Below, one piece after another: positions 14,497 to 29,000 of a DNA stretch of 64,000 nt. How positions within the stretch are numbered: position 1 is the stretch's first letter; each line of letters opens with the position of its first letter. A program made the position numbers and the translations under genes. A model generated the notes under the pieces. The model was not told the origin of the DNA. It worked only from the letters and a program-made list of their open reading frames with translations, and did not search any database. The stretch is from Macrostomum lignano (Eukaryota), in the NCBI GenBank assembly GCA_002269645.1, contig NIVC01000059.1, forward strand, positions 1,364,001 through 1,428,000, in the 5' to 3' direction.

Positions 14497-15927
14497 TCCA
14501 ATCCCACATTGATCATCTCCGATCCCACATTGATGATCTCTGATCCCACATTGATGATCTCTGATACCACATTGATGATCTCTGATCCCACATTGATCAT
14601 CTCTGATCAAACATTGATCATCTCTGATCCCACATCCCAAATCCCACATTGATCATCTCTGATCCCACATCCCAAATCCCACATTGATCATCTCTGATCC
14701 CACATCCCAAATCCCACATTGATCATCTCTGATCCCACATCCCAAATCCCACATTGATCATCTCTGATCCCACATTGATCATCTCTGATCCCACATTGAT
14801 CATCTCTGATCCCACATCCCAAATCCCACATCCCACATTGATTATCTCTGATCCCACATTGATCATCTCTGATCCCACATTGATCATCTCTGATCCCACA
14901 TTGATCATCTCTGATCCCACATTGATCATCTCCGATCCCACATTGATCATCTCTGATCCCACATTGATCATCTCTGATCCCACATTGATCATCTTTGATC
15001 CCACATTGATCATCTCTGATCCCACATTTATCATCTCTGATCCCACATTGATCATCTCCGATCCCACATTGATCATCTCTGATCCCACATTGATCATCTC
15101 TGATCCCACATTGATCATCTCTGATCCCACATTGATCATCTCTGATCCCACATTGTTCATCTCTGATCCCACATTTATCATCTCTGATCCCACATTGATC
15201 ATCTCTGATCCCACATTGATCATCTCTGATCCCACATTGTTCATCTCTGATCCCACATCCTACATCCACATTTATCATCTTTGATCCCATATTGATCATC
15301 TCTGATCCCACATCCCACATCCCACATCCCAAATTTATCATCTCTGATCCCACATCCCACATCCCACATTTATCATCTCTGATCCCACATTGATCATCTC
15401 TGATCCCACATTGATCATCTCTGATCCCACATCCCAAATCCCACATCTCACATTTATCATCCCTGATCCCACATCCCACATCCCGCATTTATCATCTCTG
15501 ATCCCACATTGATCATCTCTGATCCCACATCCCAAATCCCACATCTCACATTTATCATCCCTGATCCCACATCCCACATCCCGCATTTATCATCTCTGAT
15601 CCCACATTGATCATCTCTGATCCCACATCCCAAATCCCACATCTCACATTGATCATCTCTGATCCCACATTGATCATCTCTGATCCCACATTGATCATCT
15701 CTGATCCCACATTGATCATCTCTGATCCCACATTGATCATCTCTGATCCCACATTGATCATCTCCGATCCCACATTGATCATCTCTGATCCTACATTTAT
15801 CATCTCCGATCCCACATAGATCATCTTTGATCCCACATTGATCATCTTTGATCCCACATTGATCATCTCTGATCCCACATCCCAAATCCCACATCCCACA
15901 TTGATCATCTCTGATCCCACATTGATC
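14497..15927. repeat. 21-bp minisatellite (CCCACAT-TGATCAT-CTCTGAT) built from 7-mer subunits
   Basis: Direct reading; variants add or drop whole 7-mers (CCCACAT, CCCAAAT, CTCACAT). Confidence 0.95.
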
Positions 15928-16743
15928 CCATACCTATAGTGCTCCTGTACTGCATACAGAGCACAGAGTCTGTACACAGTTGTACAGCATTACTGTGATT
16001 AACTGTCTCTGTGATAAACTAAGTACACGATCCAGATTTGGTAGCAACTTAAAATGATTATGCCTGCAGTGCATATTGACTTTGGCTTGATTTTCCTCAA
16101 TTTTTGTGCTTCTTCAGCATTTTGGTCAGCTGGAAGTGTCCCATCGGATTAGGGCATTGCCGCGGCCCAATTCGATTAGGGATAGACTAATTATTCTCAA
16201 GTCTGCTTGATATATAGCTAAGGTCTGCTTGAGCTGCATAGCATGGGATTTTAACCCCCCCCGAGGGCTAAATAGCTCGCATCGGCGGTCTGAGCTGGAC
16301 CAAAGATTTTATTTGAAACCCAAAAAGTTTATTTTTTTCAGTAGCAACCTAAATTTAAAAGGACGCATTCGCTTTAGTCTACTTAGCAAAGCGTCTGCAG
16401 TAGACAAAATTGAATTTTTCGTAGAAATTTATACTCGATATTCCAACTGGACAGATTCAAACAGCCGAAAGAATCTCACGAATGCGGAGAAGGCTTTCAA
16501 AATCTAAATTGGAGGATGGGGGAGGGGGGTTGCGGGGAAAAGCCAGAAGGCTGGCAGCTGGGGGCTTTCGCAATTGATTTGGCCAAATCCAGGCCAGAGC
16601 TGGAGGGCACGCGACCCGAACTCGCGTTACTTATTTTTATTTTGCTGTCCCCGAGCCGCTTTAGAGACGGTCCTGACTTTTGCCATTCCTTGCTTGAGAA
16701 CTGTGCCAGATTCCGCCCTGCAGTCTGCTGTGGGAAAGTACCT

Positions 16744-18119
<1,376 letters not shown>

Positions 18120-18634
18120 GCCTCAGAAAAGTCAGTCTCAGAAAAGGTTGACTTAAATGAGGAGTGTCTGTCACAATTTATGACGGTCTTTACGTTTTAT
18201 ACTTTACTTTTGCTTTGCAGTATAATCACAACGCGAATTACAGAAACAACAACAAAAAATAATTTTAATATACCGTGACTTCTATCAAAGAAAAAGTAAA
18301 TTAATAAAACAAATTTTAGAAACTTTCGAGAGTTTTTAGCGCAAATCTAAATTCAGATCCAAATCTTCCGAAGTGAATACAAGTAACTCTCAGCTGCTTC
18401 CATGCTCTGCATCAAAACGAACGCCTTGCCATCTTTGTCTGCGGTAGTAGTGCAAAAAATTAAATTAAGTTCAACGATATAAGAGAGGATAGAGATGCGG
18501 GCACAGGGACTGTAAAAAAGAAGCAGATTAGCTCTTACTTATAGTACAACAAAACAGTCAAACCAGTTGGATTATGTACATAAAAACTGCAAAACTGTCA
18601 GTTCGATAAGCTCGATTCGGTTCGGTTATTTGAA

Positions 18635-21600
18635 TCAGGCGCTGCTCTCAGATGAAGCCACTGGCGCTGCGGCGGATTCTGCGGCGGCCGCCGCCGGGGC
18701 GGACAAGTGGGCGGATCCCGGGGCGGATGAAGGGGCGGACGCCACGTCCATTGTGTCGGCTCCGTACCACCTATGGGCCTTGGTGTTCATTCTGGATAAG
18801 ACGGTCTGGCTGGCTTCGAAAGCAGCAACGATTTCTTCTTTCCATTGCTCGGCCAGGACTCGGTCCTGATTGAGGTGTTCAAAACTTTTCGTGAGCGCTC
18901 GTTTTTTGAAAATTTGCTCTTCTATGATCATTATTCTATAGCCTATGGGTCTTTGTGTACGGGGCCGGTGTGTACAGGAGTGACTCTGGGGTTGGGGGGT
19001 TGGTGTGTACAGGAGTGACTCTGGGGTTGGGTGGTCGGTGTGTACAGGAGTGAATATGGGGTTGGGTTGTCGGTGTGTACAGGAGTGACTCTGGGGTTGG
19101 GGGGCCGGTGTGTACAGGAGTGACTCTGGGGTTGGGGGGCCGGTGTGTACAGGAGTGACTCTGGGGTTGGGGGTCGGTGTGTACAGGAGTGACTCTGGGG
19201 TTGGGGGTCGGTGTGTACAGGAGTGACTCTGGGTTGGGGGGTCGGTGTGTACAGGAGTGACTCTGGGGTTGGGGGGTCGGTGTGTACAGGAGTGACTCTG
19301 GGGTTGGGGGGTCGGTGTGTACAGGAGTGACTCTGGGGTTGGGGGGTCGGTGTGTACAGGAGTGACTCTGGGGTTGGGGGGCCGGTGTGTACAGGAGTGA
19401 CTCTGGGGTTGGGTGGTCGGTGTGTACAGGAGTGACTATGGGGTTGGGTGGTCGGTGTGTACAGGAGTGACTATGGGGTTGGGGGGTGTTCGGTGTGTAC
19501 AGGAGTGACTCTGGGGTTGGGGGGGTCTGTGTGTACAGGAGTGACTCTGGGTTGGGGGTGTACAAGAGTGACTATGGGTTGGGTGTGTACAGGAGTGACT
19601 ATGGCATTGGTGGTGTACAGGAGTGATTATGGCATTGAGGTGTACAGGAGTGATTATGGCATTGAGGTGTACAGGAGTGATTATGGCATTGAGGTGTACA
19701 GGAGTGATTATGGCATTGGGGTGTACAGGAGTGATTATGGCATTGGGGTGTACAGGAGTGACTATGGGTTGGGGGTGTACAGGAGTGACTATGGGTTGGG
19801 TGTGTACAGGAGTGACTCTGGGTTGGGGTGTACAGGAGTGACTATGGCATTGGTGGTGTGCAGGAGTGATTATGGCATTGGGGTGTACAGGAGTGACTAT
19901 GGGTTGGGGGTGTACAGGTGTGACTACATGAGTTAGGGGTTGGGGGTTCGGTGTGTACGGGAGTGACTGCAGTGGTGAGTAACGTACAGCCACCTCGCCT
20001 CCCTGTCGATAAACCAAGCAGCCAGAGCCCCCGTACCGTGCAAGTCAGGTAGACCCGCTGATCCGTCTTCAAGCTGATGAGGATGCAATTCTCGTGCTTG
20101 CCAAACTTTTGAAATTCTCTGCTGACTTCGCGAATGTCGAACATGGCCAGCAGTTCAACGGCCGGCTTGCGCTGCAGGCCGGGCTTGCAGTGCATCTCCA
20201 GGCGGTTGGGGAACAGCCTCAGGTAGCGCTTCTGGCTGGCCTGAAAGTGGCCACCAAGGCGGAGTACTTCGCCCTCAACGATACAGTCGGAGCTTGCCGC
20301 GGCGGCGTCGCTAGCCGACGCGCCCGGAGCGACATCCGCCGACGATTCGATTGGCCATTTCGTTCGTCGAGCTTCAATTTTATCCTCCTCAAGGTTTACC
20401 GCCTCGAAGACGGTGTCGGCTACCTCTAGTTGCCAGCGCTCAGAAACGGTCAGGTTAAAGTTGCGGTACAATTGCTGGTCCACGTCTGTGAGCTTGATGC
20501 CTGCCGGTGACAGATGGTGACAGGTGTGCGGTCCGGGGGAGTCACAAATACTGGGAGAGTGAGGGAAGTGAAAAGAGTGACAGTAGAGTGATTATAGAGT
20601 GAGGGAAGGAACAAGAGTGACAGTTGAGTGATTATAAAGTGAGGGAAGGAACACGAGTGACAGTTGAGTGATTATAGAGTGAGGGAAGGAACAAGAGTGA
20701 CAGTTGAGTGATTATAAAGTGAGGGAAGGAACACGAGTGACAGTTGAGTGATTATAGAGTGAGGGAAGGAACACGAGTGACAGTTGAGTGATTAGAGAGT
20801 GAGGGAAGGAACACGAGTGACAGTTGAGTGATTAGAGAGTGAGGGAAGGGACCAGAGTGACAGTTGAGTGATTAGAGAGTGAGGGAAGGAACACGAGTGA
20901 CAGTTGAGTGATTATAGAGTGAGGGAAGGAACACGAGTGACAGTTGAGTGATTAGAGAGTGAGGGAAGGAACACGAGTGACAGTTGAGTGATTAGAGAGT
21001 GAGGGAAGGAACACGAGTGACAGTTGAGTGATTAGAGAGTGAGGGAAGGGACCAGAGTGACAGTTAAGTGATTAGAGACTAGAGAGTGAGGGAAGGAACA
21101 AGAGTGACAGTTGAGTGATTAGAGAGTGAGGGAAGGGACCAGAGTGACAGTTAAGTGATTAGAGACTAGAGAGTGAGGGAAGGAACAAGAGTGACAGTTG
21201 AGTGATTAGAGAGTGAGGGAAGGGACCAGAGTGACAGTTAAGTGATTAGAGACTAGAGAGTGAGGGAAGGAACAAGAGTGACAGTTGAGTGATTAGAGAG
21301 TGAGGGAAGGAACACGAGTGACAGTTGAGTGATTAGAGAGTGAGGGAAGGGACCAGAGTGACAGTTAAGTGATTAGAGACTAGAGAGTGAGGGAAGGAAC
21401 AAGAGTGACAGTTGAGTGATTAGAGAGTGAGGGAAGGGACCAGAGTGACAGTTAAGTGATTAGAGACTAGAGAGTGAGGGAAGGAACAAGAGTGACAGTT
21501 GAGTGATTAGAGAGTGAGGGAAGGGACCAGAGTGACAGTTAAGTGATTAGAGACTAGAGAGTGAGGGAAGGAACAAGAGTGACAGTTGAGTGATTAGAGA

Positions 21601-22994
21601 GTGAGGGAAGGGACCAGAGTGACAGTTGAGTGATTAGAGAGTGAGGGAAGGGACACGAGCGACAATTAAGTGACAAGAGTGACAGTGGAGTGACAAGAGT
21701 GACAGTGAAGTGACAAGAGTGACAGTGAAGTGACAAGAGTGACAGTGGAGTGACAAGAGTGACAGTGGAGTGACAAGAGTGACAGTGGAGTGACAAGAGT
21801 GACAGTGGAGTGACAAGAGTGAAAGTGGAGTGACAAGAGTGACAGTGGAGTGACAAGAGTGACAGTGGAGTGACAAGAGTGACAATGGAGTGAGTGAGAA
21901 AGACACACGAGAGTCATGAAGTGGAGCAACAGGTGACAGAATGCTGATGTCCGGAGTTCGCCAACCTTTCGTCTCCTCGTCATCGAACGAGCCAATATCG
22001 AATGCGTCGTGCGCGTTGACCTCGCCTCTGGGCGGCACCAACGGCGTCGGATACTTCCGCTGCACAACCTGCGTCCAGTCGATGCCGTCGAAGAAGGCGT
22101 GCTCGCGCACCTCGGCAGCGCCGCGGCCTCGACAGCCCAACCGGTTTGCAACCTGCCGAGCCAGGAGGCCCTCTAGCAGGTTGCGAACCTCCGGCGAAGC
22201 CGTGTCGCCCAGATCGGCGCTCAGGTTCAGCGCGTGCCGGTCTTCGCTGTCAGCCTGGCGTTGGTCTCGCGACCTCTGCTGCTGCCTGTAGGGGCTCCGG
22301 CCGCAGAGCAGTTTGTACAGCACGCAGCCGAAGCTGAACCAATCGGCAGAGCTGTCGTAGGCGACGCCCTTCTGCAGCACTTCAGGCGCCATGTAGCCGT
22401 GCGTGCCGACGCTGGCGTGGGGCTTCTTGCGCGAATAGTCGCAGGCGAGGCCGAGGTCGCTGATGCGCACGTGACCGTTCTCGTCTAGCAGGATGTTGGC
22501 CGGCTGCGGGGTGGGCGGGACAGTCAAATTGTCACTAGGCAGTCAAATTGTCACTGACAGTCAAATTGTCACTGACAGTCAAATTGTCACTGACAGTCAA
22601 ATTGTCACTGATAGTCAAATTGTCACTGACAGTCAAATTTTCGTTACTAAACCCGCGATCAGTTTGTTATTCAATGTTTAGGACCGCGTAAGGTTCCGAA
22701 TGAAAAGAATATGCGGGTACTTTCTGCTTTGAAACAAAGAAGAGTGCAGACAGAGGAAGCAGCAACTAAAGCTCCCCGGGGGGGGGAGGTTAGCTGCGAC
22801 ACGGAAACAAGCGGAGCAGGCAACCGGATCTTTGTCAATCATTCATGTAGTTAGAGAGAGACCCTGCTCTGGAGCAGCAATAAGTTGCTCTGCATAGGAT
22901 TGGCGCCTCTAGAGGCCTAACGGAGATAAGCCCGAGTTGTTTGGAATTCTTTTGTGAGCTCTGCTTCCTATCCTGCCACTGAGTGCAGGGCTTC

Positions 22995-23033
<39 letters not shown>

Positions 23034-26000
23034 GTCCCCTCCGCCTCTTCCTTCCTTTCTCCGCCCGCGTCTCTAATGGCTCGCCGAACGCAGCTGGAAC
23101 GGCTCAGAGTGAGGGACGCTAGGGAGAAGGAAATGCTCCTGTGTGTTGTGGCTTTCTGTTTCTGCTTTTCACGTACTGTTTCCCTAACTAGCAGCTTTCG
23201 GCTTACTGAACTGCCTGTCTTTATTTCCTCCTCTTCGCTAGGCCACTGTCACCTGCCAGTATCTCCCGCCCCTCTCCCTGCCAGTATCTCCCGCCCCTCT
23301 CCTGCCCCTCTCCCTGCCCCTCTCCTGCCCCTCTCCCTGCCCCTCTCCCTACCCCTCTCCTGCCCCTCTCCCTGCCCCTCTCCCTGCCCCTCTCCCTGCC
23401 AGTATCTCCCGCCCCTCTCCCTGCCAGTATCTCCCGCCCCTCTCCCTGCCAGTATCTCCCGCCCCTCTCCCTGCCAGTATCTCCCGCCCCTCTCCCTGCC
23501 CCTCTCCCTGCCCCTCTCCCGCCCCTCTCTCTGCCCCTCTCTCTGCCCCTCTCCCTGCCCCTCTCCCTGCCCCTCTCCCTACCCCTCTCCTGCCCCTCTC
23601 CCTGCCCCTCTCCCTGCCCCTCTCCCTGCCAGTATCTCCCGCCCCTCTCCCTGCCAGTATCTCCCGCCCCTCTCCCTGCCAGTATCTCCCGCCCCTCTCC
23701 CTGCCAGTATCTCCCGCCCCTCTCCCTGTCAGTATCTCCCGCCCCTCTCCCTGCCAGTATCTCCCGCCCCTCTCCCTGCCCCTCTCCCTGCCCCTCTCCC
23801 GCCCCTCTCCCTGCCCCTCTCCCTACCCCTCTCCCTGCCCCTCTCCCTACCCCTCTCCTGCCCCTCTCCCTGCCCCTCTCCCTGCCCCTCTCCCTGCCAG
23901 TATCTCCCGCCCCTCTCCCTGCCAGTATCTCCCGCCCCTCTCCCTGCCAGTATCTCCCGCCCCTCTCCCTGCCCCTCTCCCTGCCCCTCTCCCTGCCCCT
24001 CTCCCTGCCCCTCTCCCTGCCCCTCTCCCTGCCAGTATCTCCGCCCCTCTCCCTGCCCCTCTCCCTGCCCCTCTCCCGCCCCTCTCTCTGCCCCTCTCTC
24101 TGCCCCTCTCCCTGCCCCTCTCCCTGCCCCTCTCCCTACCCCTCTCCTGCCCCTCTCCCTGCCCCTCTCCCTACCCCTCTCCCTACCCCTCTCCTGCCCC
24201 TCTCCCTGCCCCTCTCCCTGCCCCTCTCCCTACCCCTCTCCCTCTCCCTGCTCCCTGCCCCTCTCCCTGCCCCTCTCCCTACCCCTCTCTCCCTGCGCCT
24301 CTCTCCCTGCGCCTCTCTCCCTGCGCCTCTCTCCCTTCCCCTCTCTCTGCCCCTCTCCCTGCCCCTCTCCCTGCCCCTCTCCTTGCCCCTCTCCCTGCCC
24401 CTCTCCCTGCCCTCTCCTGCCCCTCTCCCTGCCCCTCTCTCTGCCCTCTCTCTGCCCCTCTCCCTACCCCTCTCTCCCTGCCTCTCTCTCCCTACCCCTC
24501 TCTCCCTGCCCCTCTCTCCCTGCGCCTCTCTCCCTGCCCCTCTCCCTACCCCTCTCCTGCCCCTCTCCCTGCCCCTCTCCCTACCCCTCTCCCTACCCCT
24601 CTCTCTGCCACTCTCCCTCAGCCTCTCTGCCACTCCTTCTCAGCCTCTCTGCCTCACTCTCCTTCCTAAGCACTAAGATTGCATATAAGCATCGTTTTTG
24701 CAACCAATTTATTCCAGATAATAAAATGCCCTACACGCAGCACTGGAGATTATAAAAAAATAGAACTAGATCACTCCAGCTCTGTTGATTGTGCGTCAAG
24801 TTGACTGAATTCAGCTCAATTCTCTTTTTGAGATCCCCAGATAGTAGCGGAGCATTGTCAATAGGCGGAGGCTTCACAACAGTAGCTGAAAGATCCGCGT
24901 CTCCCCCTCCACAATCACGCTGATTTCGTAGAAACGACAAAAACAGGCAAAAATAATGACGACTGCTAATGATGATGATACACATCCCACCTCTCTGCAT
25001 AAGCCCGCCCCTCTTAGCTCACCCCGGGCCAACCCAAGCCCCGTACCCCAGACCCCGCAACGAAGGCTCGAAGATCCTTGCTAAAGTCACCCCGGCGGGA
25101 AATTTGGAAAGCTGAGACCGCACGGTTGTGGAGACGACTCTCTAATATGCCCGCTGGGGGGGGGGGGCGCTGATTCAGCGTTCATAGCGCATTCTTGTAC
25201 GCGAACTGGGACTGTTAAACCGAAAGAGAGAGAGGCGAGAGGGGAGAGGCAGAGACGGGAAGGGAGGATAGAAGCCAAGTAGGGATTTTTATCCTAGCGA
25301 GGGTCCTGCTTCTCTTCCTGCCTGCCTGCCCGCCTGCCCGCCTTGCCTGTCTCCTCAGCAAGCCACGCGATCGTCGGCAAAATGAGTAGCAAGTCGGTAT
25401 AAGCCTCCCCCATCGCCCTGGCTATGCTGAGCTGTTTTGCTCTCTCCCTGTGTTTCTCAATCTCTGCTTTCGAATCTGGACAGAGGTTGGGAGGTCGGTG
25501 GGGGGGGGGTGGGCTCTCGGTCGCAAATCTCTTTCCCCCTAATCGACTCTCATCATCTCGGCAGCGTTAGTGCTCAGAAATTCAGTTTTCTTTAACAGAG
25601 CTGAACCCCAATCCACCCCCCTGCAGTGCATTTCAGATCCATATTTAGCTGCGATAGAATAGCCAATAAAGGCAAAGCGAGCATTTGCATGCGACAGATT
25701 TTTAGGCTCAAACGAGCTGAATTAGTAATTTATCAGGCAGCTGTAGTTTCGGGTGAATGGTGGCCATGAATTCGAAATTTTATTACCAGGCACGTGGAGA
25801 GGTGAATCAGGTTTGAGTAGCAGTGTAACCTCCTTTGCCAACATCTTTCCTGTCTCCTTGTTCTCATCTCTAGTCTCTCCATTCCTCTCATCTCTAGTCT
25901 CCATTCCTCTCATCTCTAGTCTCCTTTCCTTTTATGTCTCCTCTCTACTTACTCTAATCTCTCTTCTGTCCTTTCCTCTCATCTCCAGTCTCTCCTTTAT

Positions 26001-29000
26001 TCTCATCTCTAGTCTCTCCTTTATTCTCATCTCTAGTCTCTCCTTTACTCTCATCTCCGGTCTCTCCTTTCCTCTCATCTATAGTCTCTCCTTTCCTCCC
26101 ATCTCTAGTCTCTCCTACCTCTCATCTCCAGTCTCTCCTTTACTCTCATCTATAGTCTCTTCTTTCCTCTCATCTCTAGTCTCCCCTTTACTCTCATATC
26201 CAGTCTCTCCTTTCCTCTCATCTCTAGTCTCTCCTTTCCTCTCATCTCTAGTCTCTCCTTTCCTTTTACGAGTATCTCTCCTCTCTACTTACTCTAATCT
26301 CTCTTCTGTCCTTTACTCTCATCTCTAGTCTCTCCTTTCCTCTCATCTCCAGTCTCTCCTTTCCTCTCATCTCTAGTCTCTCCTTTACTCTCATCTCTAG
26401 TCTCTTCTTTCCTCTCATCTCTAGTCTCTTCTTTCCTCTCATCTCTAGTCTCTCCTTTCCTCTCATCTCTAGTCTCTCCTACCTCTCATCTCTAGTCTCT
26501 CCTTTACTCTCATCTCCAGTCTCTCCTTTCCTCTCATCTCTAGTCTCTCCTTTCCTTTTACGAGTATCTCTCCTCTCTACTTACTCTAATCTCTCTTCTG
26601 TCCTTTACTCTCATCTCTAGTCTCTCCTTTCCTCTCATCTCCAGTCTCTCCTTTCCTCTCATCTCTAGTCTCTCCTTTACTCTCATCTCTAGTCTCTTCT
26701 TTCCTCTCATCTCTAGTCTCTTCTTTCCTCTCATCTCTAGTCTCTTCTTTCCTCTCATCTCTAGTCTCTCCTACCTCTCATCTCTAGTCTCTCCTTTACT
26801 CTCATCTCCAGTCTCTCCTTTCCTCTCATCTCTAGTCTCTCCTTTCCTTTTATCTCTCCTCTCTACTTACTCTAATCTCTCTTCTGTCCTTTACTCTCAT
26901 CTCTAGTCTCTCCTTTCCTCTCATCTCCAGTCTCTCCTTTCCTCTCATCTCTAGTCTCTCCTTTCCTCTCATCTCTAGTCTCTCCTTTACTCTCATCTCC
27001 AGTTTCTCCTTTCCTCTCATTTCTAGTCTCTTCTTTCCTCTCATCTCTAGTCTCTTCTTTCCTCTCATCTCTAGTCTCTCCTTTCCTCTCATTTCTAGTC
27101 TCTTCTTTCCTCTCATCTCTAGTCTCTTCTTTCCTCTCATCTCTAGTCTCTCCTTTCCTCTCATCTCTAGTCTCTCCTTTCCTTTTATCTCTCCTCTCTA
27201 CTTACTCTAATCTCTCTTCTTTCCTTTACTCTCATCTCTAGTCTCTTCTTTCCTCTCATCTCCAGTCTCTCCTTTCCTCTCATCTCCAGTCTCTCCTCTC
27301 CTCTCATCTCTGGTCTCTTCTTTCCTCTCATCTCTAGTCTCTCCTTTACTCTCATCCCTAGTCTCTTCTTTCCTCTCATCTCTAGTCTCCCCTTTACTCT
27401 CATCTCCAGTCTCTCCTTTCCTCTCATCTCTAGTCTCTCCTTCCCGCCTACTCGTCTCCTTAATCGTTTATCTCTCTTTGAAGCATATTTTTATCGATGA
27501 ACCGAAAACTTTAAAGTCTCGTCTCTACTCTCTCCTTTCATCTCCTCTCTGTACTAAAATATATTAATCGGCATATTTTCAATCGCATTTCGTTTGTATC
27601 CATGGCCAAATATGAGTTATAATCCGACCGGTCAATCGAAGCAAAACTTCTCAAGCGATTCAGCTAAAAAAGACAATATTATAGTTTTAACTCAGAAAAA
27701 TAAATTTCTCTCTTTGAAGCCTGCCAATGCATTAAAACCAAATTCAAACTAAAGCCGGAAAGACCTCGCTAGCAATAATTTATTGCCATTGTTGCTCTTC
27801 TGCTCGCGAAAATCCGTATGTACTTTCATTGAATCGTAAATAGCCTCTGATGGAGAGGTCGCGTTTCCTATGGTAGAAAAATCTGTTACATTTTAAGGCT
27901 AATATCTTCGTACTTTTGCAGGATTTTATAGCTAAACAAGAAGGCAAACATTATCTATTTGCAAAAATCAGCTAAGATTTTTTTCAAAAAAGAACTTTTA
28001 ACTGAAAGACCAAGAAATGCCTGAGATATGCTCGTGACGGTGACGGTGAACTTCAAAGGCCTATAATGAATCATGCATAAGACCTTGCCATGATTCTTCT
28101 ACGAGCTAATTGAACTGAAATGAATTTTCCAAATGACCTTGAGGCGAACCTTTCAAATGACCTTGAAGCGATTATTTCAAATGACCTTGAGGCAATTTTT
28201 CCAAATGACCTTGAGGCGATTCTTCCAAATGACCTTGAAGCGATTCTTCCAAATGACCTTGATGTGATTCTTGATTCTAACAAAATACCTGATGTGATTT
28301 TTCTAAATGATCCTGGCATAACCAAACTACTTCCGATATAGCTTTTTCCAAAGGACTTTATTTAATACCTCAAAAAGCTGAGGAGACTATAATTCTAAAT
28401 TACAGCATAAGGTGATAAAAACAATCTAAAACCTAGAGGTCAAATGGCAAATGACCCAAGCTTATGGAAATAATCTACCTGAGTTGGGATTCATTACACC
28501 AACTGAGTAGGACGCTTTATCACCAGACATGTAACTGCTGACCCACTCTTAATAAGTATAGTTAATAGCTCACCTTGAGATCACGATAAACGACATATCT
28601 GGAATGCATGTGCTCCAGTCCAAGGACAATTTCGGCTGCATAGAATTTCACTTCGCGCTCTTGGAAAACGCCGTGCTGCGACAGGTGATAGTGCAGATCG
28701 CCGCCGTTCATCAGGTCCAGGATGAAGCATAGCTTGTCGGTGGTCTGGAAAGCGTAGGTCATGCACACGATAAATGGACAGCCTTCGCCAGTGCTAACTA
28801 ACGAGAGCATGATTCGCTCGTTTAACGCCAAGGTCTCTCCGCCTTTGACTTTGATTCGCTTCTTGTCCAGGCATTTCATGGCGTACATCCTGCCAGTATC
28901 GGCTTTGCGACAGCCGTACACCTCGCCGAAACCACCGCGGCCGATGATGCGATGAACGCTGAAGTCGTTCATCGTTAGCTGAGGAGGTAGATGAATTTAA

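Noticed and set aside
22983-24755. 590-aa Cys/Pro-rich ORF with poly-Cys
   Set aside because: Antisense to GRK2 intron 3; derived from (CTG)n and a C-rich minisatellite.
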